A stretch of 64,000 nt of DNA from Bdellovibrionales bacterium (lineage in GTDB: Bacteria > Bdellovibrionota > Bdellovibrionia > Bdellovibrionales > UBA1609), in assembly GCA_965116175.1 (NCBI GenBank), contig OZ220490.1, positions 888,570 to 952,569 on the forward strand, read 5' to 3'. The position numbers were made by a program, and so were the translations under genes. The notes beneath the pieces were generated by a model. It was given only the letters and a program-made list of their open reading frames with translations, was not told where the DNA came from and did no database searches. Numbering within the stretch: the first letter of the stretch is position 1; every line of letters begins with the position of its first letter. Shown in pieces: positions 27,610 to 36,950 of this stretch.

Positions 27610-29286
27610 CTACAAACCAGCAGGAATGGCATCAATAAGTTTTTGAGTGTAGGGGTTTTGCGGATTTTTGTAAATTTCGTCAGATTCATTATACTCCACA
27701 ATCTTACCCTGATTCATCACAGCAATTTTATCTGAAATAAATTTAACCACTGTGAGATCATGAGATATAAAAATATAAGTTAAGTTTAACTTCTCCTGAA
27801 GATCTTTTAAAAGGTTTAAAATTTGAGCCTGTATGGATACATCCAAAGAGGATACTGACTCATCACAGACAATAAACTCCGGCTCTATGGCAATGGCGCG
27901 GGCAATACAAATCCTCTGCCTTTGTCCGCCGGAAAATTCATGGGGGTAACGACTTTTCATGGCTTTGTCCAAACCCACCTGTTCCATAAGGGATTCCACT
28001 TTGGCAATCCTTTCCTCTCTGTTAGAATAAAGCTTATGAATAATCATAGGCTCCATAATGGAAGCTCCTATAGTCATTCTGGGATTTAAAGAGGCATAAG
28101 GGTCTTGAAAAATAATCTGCATTTTTCTCCTAATAGCTTTCATCTCTTTTTTATCCAAAGTGGAAATGTCTGTTTGATTATAAAAAACACTTCCAGAAGA
28201 GGGCTTTGTAAGATGCAGGATAGCCCTGCCTAAAGTTGTTTTTCCACAGCCTGACTCCCCTACAAGCCCCAATGTGCTTCCTTTTTCCAGCGTAAAGGAA
28301 ATATCATCAACAGCTTTCACATAAGATTGAGCTTTTCCAAAAAAAGACTTTTGTAAAGGGAAATATTTTTTTAAACCCTTAACTTCCAATAAAATCTCTC
28401 CTCCTGAAGGTTTTTTTTGTTTTAAGGGAAGATTTTCTAAAGCCTCCTCTTTTCCCTCTAAAAAGTCACTGACTGTGGGAAGTCTCGCGGTTTTAATATT
28501 CAACCTTGGCCTACAGGCAATCAAACCTTTTGTATAAGGTTGTTTTGGATTTTTAAAAATATCTGAAGCCAGCCCTTTCTCTACAATTTCCCCCTGGCGC
28601 ATAACCAAAACCTTTTGGGCAATTTCATTAACAACCCCTAAATCATGTGAAATAAACATGACTGCCATTTTCATTTTTTCCTGAAGGTTTTGCAAAAGCT
28701 CTATAATTTGCTTTTGAATGGTGACATCCAAGGCTGTTGTAGGCTCATCAGCAATAAGGAGATCAGGCTGGCAGGCAATAGCCATGGCAATCATCACTCT
28801 TTGTCTTTGGCCGCCACTCATTTCATGAGGATAGGAATTGACCCGACCGGAAGGATTTACAATACCCACCTGATCCAAAAGGTCAATGGTCTGCTCCCTG
28901 GCCTCTTTTTTATTCATTTTTTGATGTAAGATAAGAGCTTCATCAATCTGGTAACCCACTGTAAATACAGGGTTTAAACTGGTCATAGGCTCCTGAAAAA
29001 TCATGGAAATATGATTGCCGCGAACATTACGCATTTCTTTTTCAGAGTATTTAAGCAGGTCTTCTGACCCGAGGAAAATCTGACCACCTGTAATTTCACC
29101 AGGGGGCTGGGGGATAAGTCTCATAATACTAAGAGCCATCACACTTTTGCCAGAGCCTGATTCCCCAACCACTCCAAGAGACTCTCCTGTTTTAATATCA
29201 AAAGAAACCCCTCTAAGAGCTTGAACATAAAGATCTTTGGTCTTAAATTCTGTTTGAAGATTTTTAACTGAAAGAGAAAAAGGCAT
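27610..29286 (-). CDS. ABC transporter ATP-binding protein, duplicated ATPase (Opp/Dpp D-F fused, YejF/GsiA-like)
   Basis: Two Walker A motifs ([16 protein letters not shown]), two LSGGQRQR signatures, two Walker B motifs and oligopeptide-type C-terminal tails ([20 protein letters not shown]). There is no permease gene in the vicinity. Confidence 0.9.
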   Translation of the reverse strand: MPFSLSVKNLQTEFKTKDLYVQALRGVSFDIKTGESLGVVGESGSGKSVMALSIMRLIPQPPGEITGGQIFLGSEDLLKYSEKEMRNVRGNHISMIFQEPMTSLNPVFTVGYQIDEALILHQKMNKKEAREQTIDLLDQVGIVNPSGRVNSYPHEMSGGQRQRVMIAMAIACQPDLLIADEPTTALDVTIQKQIIELLQNLQEKMKMAVMFISHDLGVVNEIAQKVLVMRQGEIVEKGLASDIFKNPKQPYTKGLIACRPRLNIKTARLPTVSDFLEGKEEALENLPLKQKKPSGGEILLEVKGLKKYFPLQKSFFGKAQSYVKAVDDISFTLEKGSTLGLVGESGCGKTTLGRAILHLTKPSSGSVFYNQTDISTLDKKEMKAIRRKMQIIFQDPYASLNPRMTIGASIMEPMIIHKLYSNREERIAKVESLMEQVGLDKAMKSRYPHEFSGGQRQRICIARAIAIEPEFIVCDESVSSLDVSIQAQILNLLKDLQEKLNLTYIFISHDLTVVKFISDKIAVMNQGKIVEYNESDEIYKNPQNPYTQKLIDAIPAGL

Positions 29287-29751
29287 ATTCCATTCCTGTA
29301 TAATTTAAAAGTAACATTTATCCTATTTTAAAACTTATTGAAATAAATATTTGCAATGGCTTTTCTTTTTTACCTTAAGTTATTTTAAATTTCTGGTATT
29401 TTAATCCATTATCTGACTAAAGTTAATGGTTAAATCCTATTCTGACAAGTCATTTTTTTGTCAAACTGCTGCATTAAATTTTGAATCGCTTTAGGAGGTT
29501 ATTTTCAATGGCTTGATAAAAGGATTTTATTTCAAGTGGCAGAGTTTTTAAATTATTGAAATTTATAGGCTGCAATTTAAAGTTTTTCATGTCTTATAAT
29601 AATTGTAATTTTCCATTAGAGTTTAAACTCATTTTGTTTGAATCTAAAGTTTCTTCTAAAAAAGAACATTCATAAGCTCCATTGAGAGTAAGAAAAAGAA
29701 AAGGAAGTTTAGTTTAAATACAAAGAAATTTTATTCAATAAAATATAAAGT

Positions 29752-30408
29752 TTATAACTTTACACCCACACTAAGACCCTCATCTGTGGGAATTAAAGCC
29801 CCCTTCCAATACTTGGAATTTGTAATTCTTTTATTAAACTCTTTCATTACTTCTGTGGTTTTTGGATTAGAGGGACGATCAGATTCTCCATAAACAGCTC
29901 CAAATAAAAAAGTGTTGTCTGCAACAGCCAGGCCTCCTTGTCTTAAGTTCTGCTCCGCCCAAAATAAATATTTCATATAAGACTCTTTATCTGCATCAAT
30001 AAAAATCATATCAAAAGGGGCAAATACTTCTATGGATTTCAAACCCTCTAAAGCTGAAAGCCCGGAAACCCATTGTATTTTTTTAGCCTCTTTTGAATCT
30101 TTCAAAATCTCTTGTGATTTTTTATGTCTTTCAACAGATAGGTCTAAGGTCCAGAGCTGGCCTTTTTCAGGCAAAGCACTGGCGATATGTAAACTGGAGT
30201 AGGCATAAAGAGTTCCTAGCTCTACAACTTTTTTAGCTTTTGCCATTTGAACTAAAAACTGAAGAATTCTTCCCTCATGGGCTGAAATCTGCATTTTTTC
30301 AACCCCTTCTTTTCTTGTGGTTTTTTGAATCTCTTCTAAAAACTTGTCTTTTTTGTCAAACAAAGTATTTAAGTAGATATTTTTTTTGTTTACCCAGCTT
30401 CTAGGCAT
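29752..30408 (-). CDS. class I SAM-dependent O-methyltransferase (caffeoyl-CoA OMT-like, COG4122)
   Basis: VVELGTLYAYSSL (motif I), FDMIFIDADKESY and GGLAVADNTFLFG. Confidence 0.8.
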   Translation of the reverse strand: MPRSWVNKKNIYLNTLFDKKDKFLEEIQKTTRKEGVEKMQISAHEGRILQFLVQMAKAKKVVELGTLYAYSSLHIASALPEKGQLWTLDLSVERHKKSQEILKDSKEAKKIQWVSGLSALEGLKSIEVFAPFDMIFIDADKESYMKYLFWAEQNLRQGGLAVADNTFLFGAVYGESDRPSNPKTTEVMKEFNKRITNSKYWKGALIPTDEGLSVGVKL

Positions 30409-30574
30409 ATAATATACTCTTTACTTACGAAAACCTCTTAAAGTATTATCTTCAGACAAGTAAATTCAGAAATCAAGACCTTTAGCTGTTTTCTCTTAAT
30501 TATGGATAAAAAATCTTAATTTCAAACTTTGGATCACCGATAATTTTAACGAGAGTCATTAGGAACACAATCTT

Positions 30575-31243
30575 ATGAATAAATACTCAAAGCTTTTTTT
30601 TCTCTTTTTTCTGCTTTTTAATTTAAGCCATTGCAATCCTTTTGTTGTGGGTGATAAGCGCGGAGATCCTAGGGATAAATTGGGAGAGGATGAGTTTGAT
30701 TTACCCCCCCTTCAGCCTCTTGATTATAATGAAATAAAAAGTAAAGCTCTTTCTGGAGCATGCACAGATTACAATAAAGGTCTTGTCACTAGTTTTTTGC
30801 CGCCAGTACAAGCTCTTCAAAGATGTCTCCACTATATAATTGATGTAGGTATAAAACCTATTTGCAAACGGCGAAAAGACTTAAGGGAGCTTATAAGTTA
30901 TTATAAAAAACAAGGAGATGATGAAGCTGTTGCTATTCTTGAAGAAGAGCTTTATGAAAATGAAGCCAGTGAATATGATATGGCCGATCATATGATTGAC
31001 ATAGCAGACACTTTATATGATGCAGAAAAGAATGCTCTGGAGGAAATAAATAATCTTAGTGATAATTGGATAGATGATGATGATAAATTTGGCAAAAAAT
31101 TACTTAAAAGTGTAGGTATAACCACTCTCAGGATAGGTACAAAAAATGAGATTGGAGGCACCGGTAAAATCTTGGATTCAAAAGCCCGAAACCCTTGCAG
31201 TTCAGTTGATTTATACCAAAAAAACAGAGACGAGGATCAGTAA
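30575..31243 (+). CDS. secreted or lipoprotein, unknown function
   Basis: Signal peptide ending LSHC and an acidic helical body. No family recognised. Confidence 0.4.
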   Translation: MNKYSKLFFLFFLLFNLSHCNPFVVGDKRGDPRDKLGEDEFDLPPLQPLDYNEIKSKALSGACTDYNKGLVTSFLPPVQALQRCLHYIIDVGIKPICKRRKDLRELISYYKKQGDDEAVAILEEELYENEASEYDMADHMIDIADTLYDAEKNALEEINNLSDNWIDDDDKFGKKLLKSVGITTLRIGTKNEIGGTGKILDSKARNPCSSVDLYQKNRDEDQ

Positions 31244-31326
31244 ATTTCAAGGCCAGTCTAATTTTGGTCTCTATTCAGTTTGGATTCAAAACTTTTTGTT
31301 TAGGATAAGTTCTTTGACTAGCAGAA

Positions 31327-32061
31327 TCAATCTGATTTCAACTCAGAAACCCTCTCTACAGAAGGTTTGCTCATTCCTGATTCATGAGGATGAGTTTTAG
31401 GATCTTTTTCTTGTGAACTTGGGGATTGTTCAGCAATATCCGGTTTTGATTGATCAGACTGAGCTTTGAGATTTTCTTTTTTAAGAGAGGCTTTGGATTT
31501 TTTTGCAGCTGTATGAGGCGCTAAAATGGTGTAAAGCACCCGCTTTTCCATCTTTGCAGGCTCTTCAGAATAGGCTAAATCAGAAAGGCGCTCCTCCATC
31601 TGTTTTAAAAGTTTAAAGCCAAGCTCCTTATGGGCCATCTCCCGTCCAAAAAATCTTAAGTTGATTTTAACTTTGTTACCCTGATTTAAAAATTCTTTGG
31701 CTTTTTGAAGTTTGATTTTTATATCCCCCTCATCTGTACGGGGTCTAAACTGGATTTCCTTAATTAAAACTTTTGTTTGATTTCTTTTATTTTGTTTTTC
31801 TCTTTTTTTAGTTTCAAATCTCCACTTTCCATAATCCATAATTTTACAGACGGGAGGGTTTGACTTATCATGGACTTCCACCAAATCCAACCCCTTGCTT
31901 CTGGCCTGATTTAAAGCAGAAAGAGAGGACATAAGGCCTACAAGCTTACCCTCCTCATCAATGAGGCGGACTTCAGGAGCTCTCACCCTCTCGTTGATAC
32001 GATGCCTATCCTCCCGTTTAAAACGGCCTCTGAAATTTCTTCTTGGCTTAATGGCTGGCAC
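31327..32061 (-). CDS. infC: translation initiation factor IF-3 with a C-terminal low-complexity extension of about 65 aa
   Basis: INERVRAPEVRLIDEEGKLVG, VCKIMDYGKWRFE and the KEIQFRP..DEGD core. The track start is GTG at 32061. An in-frame ATT at 32050-32052 overlaps the thrS stop and is an alternative start. Confidence 0.9.
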   Translation of the reverse strand: MPAIKPRRNFRGRFKREDRHRINERVRAPEVRLIDEEGKLVGLMSSLSALNQARSKGLDLVEVHDKSNPPVCKIMDYGKWRFETKKREKQNKRNQTKVLIKEIQFRPRTDEGDIKIKLQKAKEFLNQGNKVKINLRFFGREMAHKELGFKLLKQMEERLSDLAYSEEPAKMEKRVLYTILAPHTAAKKSKASLKKENLKAQSDQSKPDIAEQSPSSQEKDPKTHPHESGMSKPSVERVSELKSD

Positions 32062-34060
32062 CTTTTTGATTTTTGAGAAAAAAAGATTGAAGAGATCGGG
32101 TCTTTATCTCTTCAGAAAGCTGATCTGAAAACTCCTGCAAATTCAAATCAGAAAACAATTCACCTGTTCTTAAACGAACAGATACAAGTTTTGATTGAAC
32201 TTCTTTTTTGCCGACAATTAGCATATAGGGGATTTGTTGATTTTGAGATTCTCTGATTTTATAGGAAAGTTTTTCATTTCTATTATCTATTTTGCAGACT
32301 ACGCCTTTTTTTTCAAGTGTTTTTTGAATTTCAAGCGAAAAATCTCCTTCTTTATCTGTAATTTGAAGAATTACCACCTGAACAGGACAGAGCCATGCAG
32401 GCAGCCTTCCCCTTGAATGCTCCAAATATACAGCTATAAAACGCTCCAGAGAGCCTAAGATAGCCCTATGAATTATAACGGGCCGCTCCTCCTCATCCTT
32501 TTCATTGATATAACTTAAATCAAAAGCTTTTGGCAGGTTAAAATCACATTGAAAAGTGCCTAATTGCCATGAACGGTCAAAAAAATCCTGAACACAAATA
32601 TCCAACTTAGGGCCATAAAAAGCGCCGTCTCCAGGGTTTAATTGATAGGGTATTTGCAAAGCTTCAAGAGCTTGGCTTAAAGCCTCTTCAGCCTTATCCC
32701 AAAGCCTGTTCTCCCCCATCCTATCTTCTGGCCTTGTGGAAAGCTCAATTTTATAGTTTTCAAGGCCAAAAATTTTATAAACATCTTTTAACATTTTAAT
32801 CCCTGATTGTATCTCCTCAGAGAGCTGATCCAAACGGCAAAAGATATGAGCATCATCCTGACAAAAACTTTTTACTCTTGTAAGTCCCTGCAAAGCGCCT
32901 GCAGGCTCTTTGCGGTGCAGACGACCAAAATCCGCCACCCGCCAAGGCAGATTCCTATAAGACCATCTGTCCTTTTTATAAAGAAGACAATGCCCCGGAC
33001 AGTTCATGGGTTTTAAAAACAGTTCTCTGTTTTCAGTTGACAGATCTTTCTCCTCAAAATGTTTTGTCTTTTGATTTTCTTTTTTTTCCTCATTTAAAAT
33101 GGCATACATATTTTCCGCATAATGCTCTGTGTGCCCGGATCGATCAAACAGCTCGCCATTAAACACTTGAGGGGTTACAACCTCTTCATAATCGTATTCC
33201 TTATATTTTTCTCTTAAAAAAGCCTGCATGCGGTTATAAAGCTCTGTGCCTAAAGGAGTAAAAAAAGGGCTTCCTGCAGACAACTCGCTAAACCAAAATA
33301 AATTAAGCTGTTTGCCAATTTTGCGATGATCATTTTTTTGCGCCTCTTCCTGCTTTTTTAAAAAAGCCTTAAGCTGTTTTTCTGTATGAAAAGCTGTCCC
33401 GTAAATTCTTTTTAGCTGTTTATTTTTGGAATCCCCCCGCCAATAAGCTCCTGATTGGGATAAAATTTTAACAGCGCCAATTTGCCCCAAATGCTGAACA
33501 TGGGGGCCTCTGCATAAATCAAGCCAAGGGCCTTGCTTGTAGATGCTGACTTCCCCCTCCTCGAGACTCTCTATAATTTCTTTTTTTAAAAGCTCCCCTT
33601 TTTCTTCAAAATACTTGCAGGCTTTCTCTTTGCTCCAAACCTCTTTTACCAATTCATATTTTTTGCTCAAAATAGATTTCATTTCCTGCTCAATTTGATC
33701 CAAATCTTCAGGGGTGAAACTTTTTTCTGTATCAAAATCATAGTAAAAACCGTTACCTATAACCGGGCCAATCGTGACTCTTGTTTCAGGCCAAAGGTTT
33801 TGCACAGCCTGAGCCAAAACATGAGCAGAAGAATGCCTAACCACCTCCAAAGCCTTTTCGGAGGGAATTGTGACGATTTCCACCCTGTCCCCATTCTGTA
33901 AAACAGAACGCAAGTCCCGCACTTCAGGATTTTTGTTAACTAAAGCGCCAACAGCAGATTTAGCCAGCCCCTCACCGATACTTTTTGCAAGCTCTAAAGC
34001 ATTGGGACAGAAGGAAAACTCTTTAAAGCTCCCGTCAGGAAGCTGAATACGGCAGCTCAT
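32048..34060 (-). CDS. thrS: threonyl-tRNA synthetase
   Basis: TGS domain, second additional domain (HSSAHVLAQAV), class II core (FGRLHRKEPAGALQGLTRVKSFCQDDAHIF) and anticodon-binding domain. Confidence 0.95.
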   Translation of the reverse strand: MSCRIQLPDGSFKEFSFCPNALELAKSIGEGLAKSAVGALVNKNPEVRDLRSVLQNGDRVEIVTIPSEKALEVVRHSSAHVLAQAVQNLWPETRVTIGPVIGNGFYYDFDTEKSFTPEDLDQIEQEMKSILSKKYELVKEVWSKEKACKYFEEKGELLKKEIIESLEEGEVSIYKQGPWLDLCRGPHVQHLGQIGAVKILSQSGAYWRGDSKNKQLKRIYGTAFHTEKQLKAFLKKQEEAQKNDHRKIGKQLNLFWFSELSAGSPFFTPLGTELYNRMQAFLREKYKEYDYEEVVTPQVFNGELFDRSGHTEHYAENMYAILNEEKKENQKTKHFEEKDLSTENRELFLKPMNCPGHCLLYKKDRWSYRNLPWRVADFGRLHRKEPAGALQGLTRVKSFCQDDAHIFCRLDQLSEEIQSGIKMLKDVYKIFGLENYKIELSTRPEDRMGENRLWDKAEEALSQALEALQIPYQLNPGDGAFYGPKLDICVQDFFDRSWQLGTFQCDFNLPKAFDLSYINEKDEEERPVIIHRAILGSLERFIAVYLEHSRGRLPAWLCPVQVVILQITDKEGDFSLEIQKTLEKKGVVCKIDNRNEKLSYKIRESQNQQIPYMLIVGKKEVQSKLVSVRLRTGELFSDLNLQEFSDQLSEEIKTRSLQSFFLKNQKGASH

Positions 34061-34213
34061 AGAAACATATCCTAAAAAAAGAATGTTTAAAAAGCAACCT
34101 CTGGTTCATGATGCCCTATTGACTGATTTAAGCCACTGGCCAACAGATCAAGGCTTTCCAGTTCATGATTCCTTTATGACTAATCATCAATATGATGTAA
34201 AATGGTCATATAG

Positions 34214-34654
34214 ATGAAAAACCGTTATTTATCTGCAGCTATATCTGAAGACGCTTTAAAAGACAAAAAAATTGCTTTTATCAGCGGCCCTAGACAAGTT
34301 GGAAAAACAACAATGGGAAAATCTTTATTAAAAAGCAAAAACAATGATTTTAACTGGGATCAGTCCTCTTTTAAAAGAATTTGGACAAAGTCACCGGAGA
34401 AAACTTTAAAAAATATAGATTCAAGCCCTGTTCTCTTTGATGAAATACACAAAGATAAGAAATGGAAATCAAAAATTAAGGGCATTTATGATAGTTTTTC
34501 TGATAAACTTGAAATTTTAGTTGTTCATTATTCAAAATTGTTAAAAACAAAGTTAAATTTTCAATTAGTTGATACAAAAAACTATGATAAAAAACATATT
34601 TTATATAATGTACGAGTGATGTCTTATGAAAAGTTTTTTTCGGGTTTGGTGTAG
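34214..34654 (+). pseudogene. truncated AAA_14/DUF4143-type ATPase fragment
   Basis: The N-terminal about 100 aa (ISGPRQVGKTTMGKSLL...VLFDEIHKDKKW...LEILV) match the common AAA+DUF4143 family of about 400 aa. The sequence then diverges and stops at 146 aa. Confidence 0.5.
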
Positions 34655-34676
34655 TGTGGATTTTGCATTTTATAGA

Positions 34677-35849
34677 TTAACTTTTACCAAGCAAAAACTG
34701 TGCTCCTAATTGTTTTGAGGGAATTTGTTTTTCAATAGGCAGATAAATACAGCTTTGTATATCCATTTGCTTAAGGTATTTGCACATTAAAGGACCAACA
34801 TCTTTCCAATCCAAGCCTCCTAAACCGCAGCCTAATGAAGGGAGGGCTATAGACTCTATGCCTAGCTCCTTATAATTATCCAATAACCACTTAAGCCCTT
34901 TTTCAATTCCATCTATAGGAGAGTTTGTCTTCCAATGATTTTTTGTGGCAAACAGCAAAAACCAGCGGTTTCCATTTTCTGTAACAGTGAATTGAGTGTC
35001 TTCCAAAAGAGTCCTTATAAAATTTTCTTCTCTTTTATAAAGAAAAGGCAAACCCATTTTTAATTTTCTCTGACGGCATATATCCTGATATTTTACATAC
35101 ACATCAGGAAATTGATATTTTGCTCTTGAGGCCAAACCCTTTCCCATAACTCCGACTGTGTTTACACTTATTGTAAATGTATGCATCTTTGAAAAAAACA
35201 TATCTCCTTTTGTCAAAGTGATTTTATTTGAAATAGGGGTTTGATATTCAGGCAAAAAGAACATATTTCTGTCCGGCATGATATTTAAAGGGCCTGCAAC
35301 CTCTTTTCTAATTTGGTTGGCAATTTCTTCAGTTGCTGTGTAAATCCCAATGATTTTTTCTCTTGGTATATGATCATAAACCAATAACTCGGCCATGAAT
35401 TTCCTTTTATCAGATTCATTCCAATAGTCTTTTTTAAATTGTTCCGAATCCAAAGCCTTTAAACCCGTATTTATATCATCAAAAAATTGTGTGATAGATA
35501 CAGCAGCATTGCCATCAGTTACCCCAACATTACTGCTATTGATAACATCTGAATTGATTTGCAATACTATGATATTCTCTGTCCCAAATTTTTTAATAAC
35601 TCGATAGAGCATAGGGTTTCTGACATGAAAATACAGATTAGCATAATCCCATAAAGAACAGCCTTTAAATGTTTTATTTTTTCTTATTTTGATAATGTCT
35701 TCAGCATGAATGGATTTTACCCCCCTGCCTGTAAGTTTAGCCCATATATTTTTTTTATTAAGCCTATTACGGGATAATATGCCATTTTTTAAAATAGACT
35801 TTAAATTGTCTCTATGGGTTATATAATAAAAATATCTTGGTATTTGCAT
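34677..35849 (-). CDS. DarT (DUF4433) DNA ADP-ribosyltransferase fused to a DarG-type macrodomain
   Basis: The N-half has YYITHRDNLKSILKNGILS, LWDYANLYFHVRNPMLYRV, TDGNAA and KFMAELLVYDHIPREKIIGI, which are DarT blocks including the AE(L/F)LV Glu. The C-half has SVNTVGVMGKGLA, LFATKNHWKTNS and ALPSLGCGLGGLDW, which are DarG macrodomain blocks. Confidence 0.8.
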   Translation of the reverse strand: MQIPRYFYYITHRDNLKSILKNGILSRNRLNKKNIWAKLTGRGVKSIHAEDIIKIRKNKTFKGCSLWDYANLYFHVRNPMLYRVIKKFGTENIIVLQINSDVINSSNVGVTDGNAAVSITQFFDDINTGLKALDSEQFKKDYWNESDKRKFMAELLVYDHIPREKIIGIYTATEEIANQIRKEVAGPLNIMPDRNMFFLPEYQTPISNKITLTKGDMFFSKMHTFTISVNTVGVMGKGLASRAKYQFPDVYVKYQDICRQRKLKMGLPFLYKREENFIRTLLEDTQFTVTENGNRWFLLFATKNHWKTNSPIDGIEKGLKWLLDNYKELGIESIALPSLGCGLGGLDWKDVGPLMCKYLKQMDIQSCIYLPIEKQIPSKQLGAQFLLGKS

Positions 35850-35872
35850 AAAATAATTAACTCCTTTTAAAG
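35770..35872. repeat. 103-bp direct repeat, copy 1 (5' end and leader of the DarT-macro gene)
   Basis: By my reading it is identical to 36848..36950: CGGGATAATATGCCATTTTTTAAAATAGAC...GGTATTTGCATAAAATAATTAACTCCTTTTAAAG. Confidence 0.85.
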
Positions 35873-36109
35873 CTTTAAAACTTGAGGCATCTAAAATTAA
35901 TGGCCATCCTTTTTATATCCTTTGCTTCTTAAAGCGTCTTCACGACTAAAATAAGCTTGTTTCTCAGCTCCTATATAAACCCCTAATTCATAAATTACTG
36001 TATCACAATTACACTGATATTCTATATAATAGCCATTTTCTATTTCTTCAATAGAACATTTACATATTTCACATCTTATAAAACATTCACAATAAAATAT
36101 CTTCTTTCG

Positions 36110-36415
36110 TTAAGCTAGCTTAACTACATAATTCAAATCATACTGGCGGAGATAATCTTGAACCGCCACTTGTACCCAATAAGGTTCAATCTCACCAAGA
36201 GCTCCCGCTATTTCAGCAGCTTTGGCTGGAGAAGGAATACGACGACCATTTTCATAATCACAAATTATTCCTCGACTTAAACCGCCGATCTTTTTTCCAA
36301 GTTCACTCTGAGTTAACTCTAAAGTTACACGGTAAGTGTGCAAAAGCTTGGCAAAAGTAATAGCACCATAATCTTTTTCCAATTCTTTTGTTCCATATCT
36401 TTTTTTAGTAGTCAT
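36110..36415 (-). CDS. higA: XRE-family HTH antitoxin (HigA-like)
   Basis: LTQSELGKKIGGLSRGIICDYENGRRIPS helix-turn-helix. It overlaps the upstream toxin gene by 11 nt. Confidence 0.8.
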   Translation of the reverse strand: MTTKKRYGTKELEKDYGAITFAKLLHTYRVTLELTQSELGKKIGGLSRGIICDYENGRRIPSPAKAAEIAGALGEIEPYWVQVAVQDYLRQYDLNYVVKLA

Positions 36416-36680
36416 GGGATATAACCTCCTTTACTATTATTACACTGATTTGACCTTCTTTACTAACTGTATAAATTAGCCTCCATTTTTTATTTAAATA
36501 TACAGATCTCTGTCCTTTTCGGTTGCCTTTTAATATATGGTCTCTAAACCCCCTTGCTTTTTGAACAGCTGGTAATCCTTCTTTTTCAACCATATCTGCC
36601 CAAACTTGTATTTTATCACGAATGAAATACGGTACTTTCCTAAGAGACTTTTTTACTGAGGACAAATCAACTGCATACAT
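36405..36680 (-). CDS. higB: RelE/HigB-family type II toxin
   Basis: 91 aa. LKGNRKGQRSVYLNKKWRLIY...VKEVISHDY is typical of RelE/HigB mRNA interferases. The toxin-first gene order matches HigBA. Confidence 0.78.
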   Translation of the reverse strand: MYAVDLSSVKKSLRKVPYFIRDKIQVWADMVEKEGLPAVQKARGFRDHILKGNRKGQRSVYLNKKWRLIYTVSKEGQISVIIVKEVISHDY

Positions 36681-36687
36681 TTAACTA

Positions 36688-36710
36688 TTGTACTCTTATT
36701 TCGAGTACAA
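36688..36710. promoter_or_regulatory. perfect 8-bp inverted repeat, candidate HigA operator
   Basis: TTGTACTC-N7-GAGTACAA begins 8 nt upstream of the higB-like start codon. Confidence 0.4.
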
Positions 36711-36774
36711 ATCAAGAAGAGATTAAAGAATTAAGTCATGCAGTAATTTTTTTGTCGCGGTGACCATTTAGATC

Positions 36775-36927
36775 CTATTTTTTATGTTCTGCTCCCTTTT
36801 TTTCAATATACCCCACCCTAACCATTAATTCGGCAATTAAATGACTGCGGGATAATATGCCATTTTTTAAAATAGACTTTAAATTGTCTCTATGGGTTAT
36901 ATAATAAAAATATCTTGGTATTTGCAT
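36775..36927 (-). pseudogene. orphan duplicate of the DarT N-terminus (about 27 codons) running into unrelated sequence
   Basis: Repeat copy 2 re-encodes MQIPRYFYYITHRDNLKSILKNGILSR. The frame then continues SHLIAELMVRVGYIEKKGAEHKK* outside the repeat. Confidence 0.5.
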
Positions 36928-36950
36928 AAAATAATTAACTCCTTTTAAAG
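36848..36950. repeat. 103-bp direct repeat, copy 2 (includes the stop codon of the cysteine desulfurase gene)
   Basis: Same sequence as 35770..35872. The TAA stop at 36945-36947 lies inside the repeat. Confidence 0.85.

Noticed and set aside
29590-29700. Possible third, degenerate copy of the hairpin or REP elements (CCATTAGAGT..., TTTTGTTTGAATCTAAAG, CTCCATTGAGAGTAAGAA)
   Set aside because: Only short patches resemble the stem of copy A and the outer repeat. There is no conserved core and no convincing palindrome, so the similarity may be chance in AT-rich DNA.
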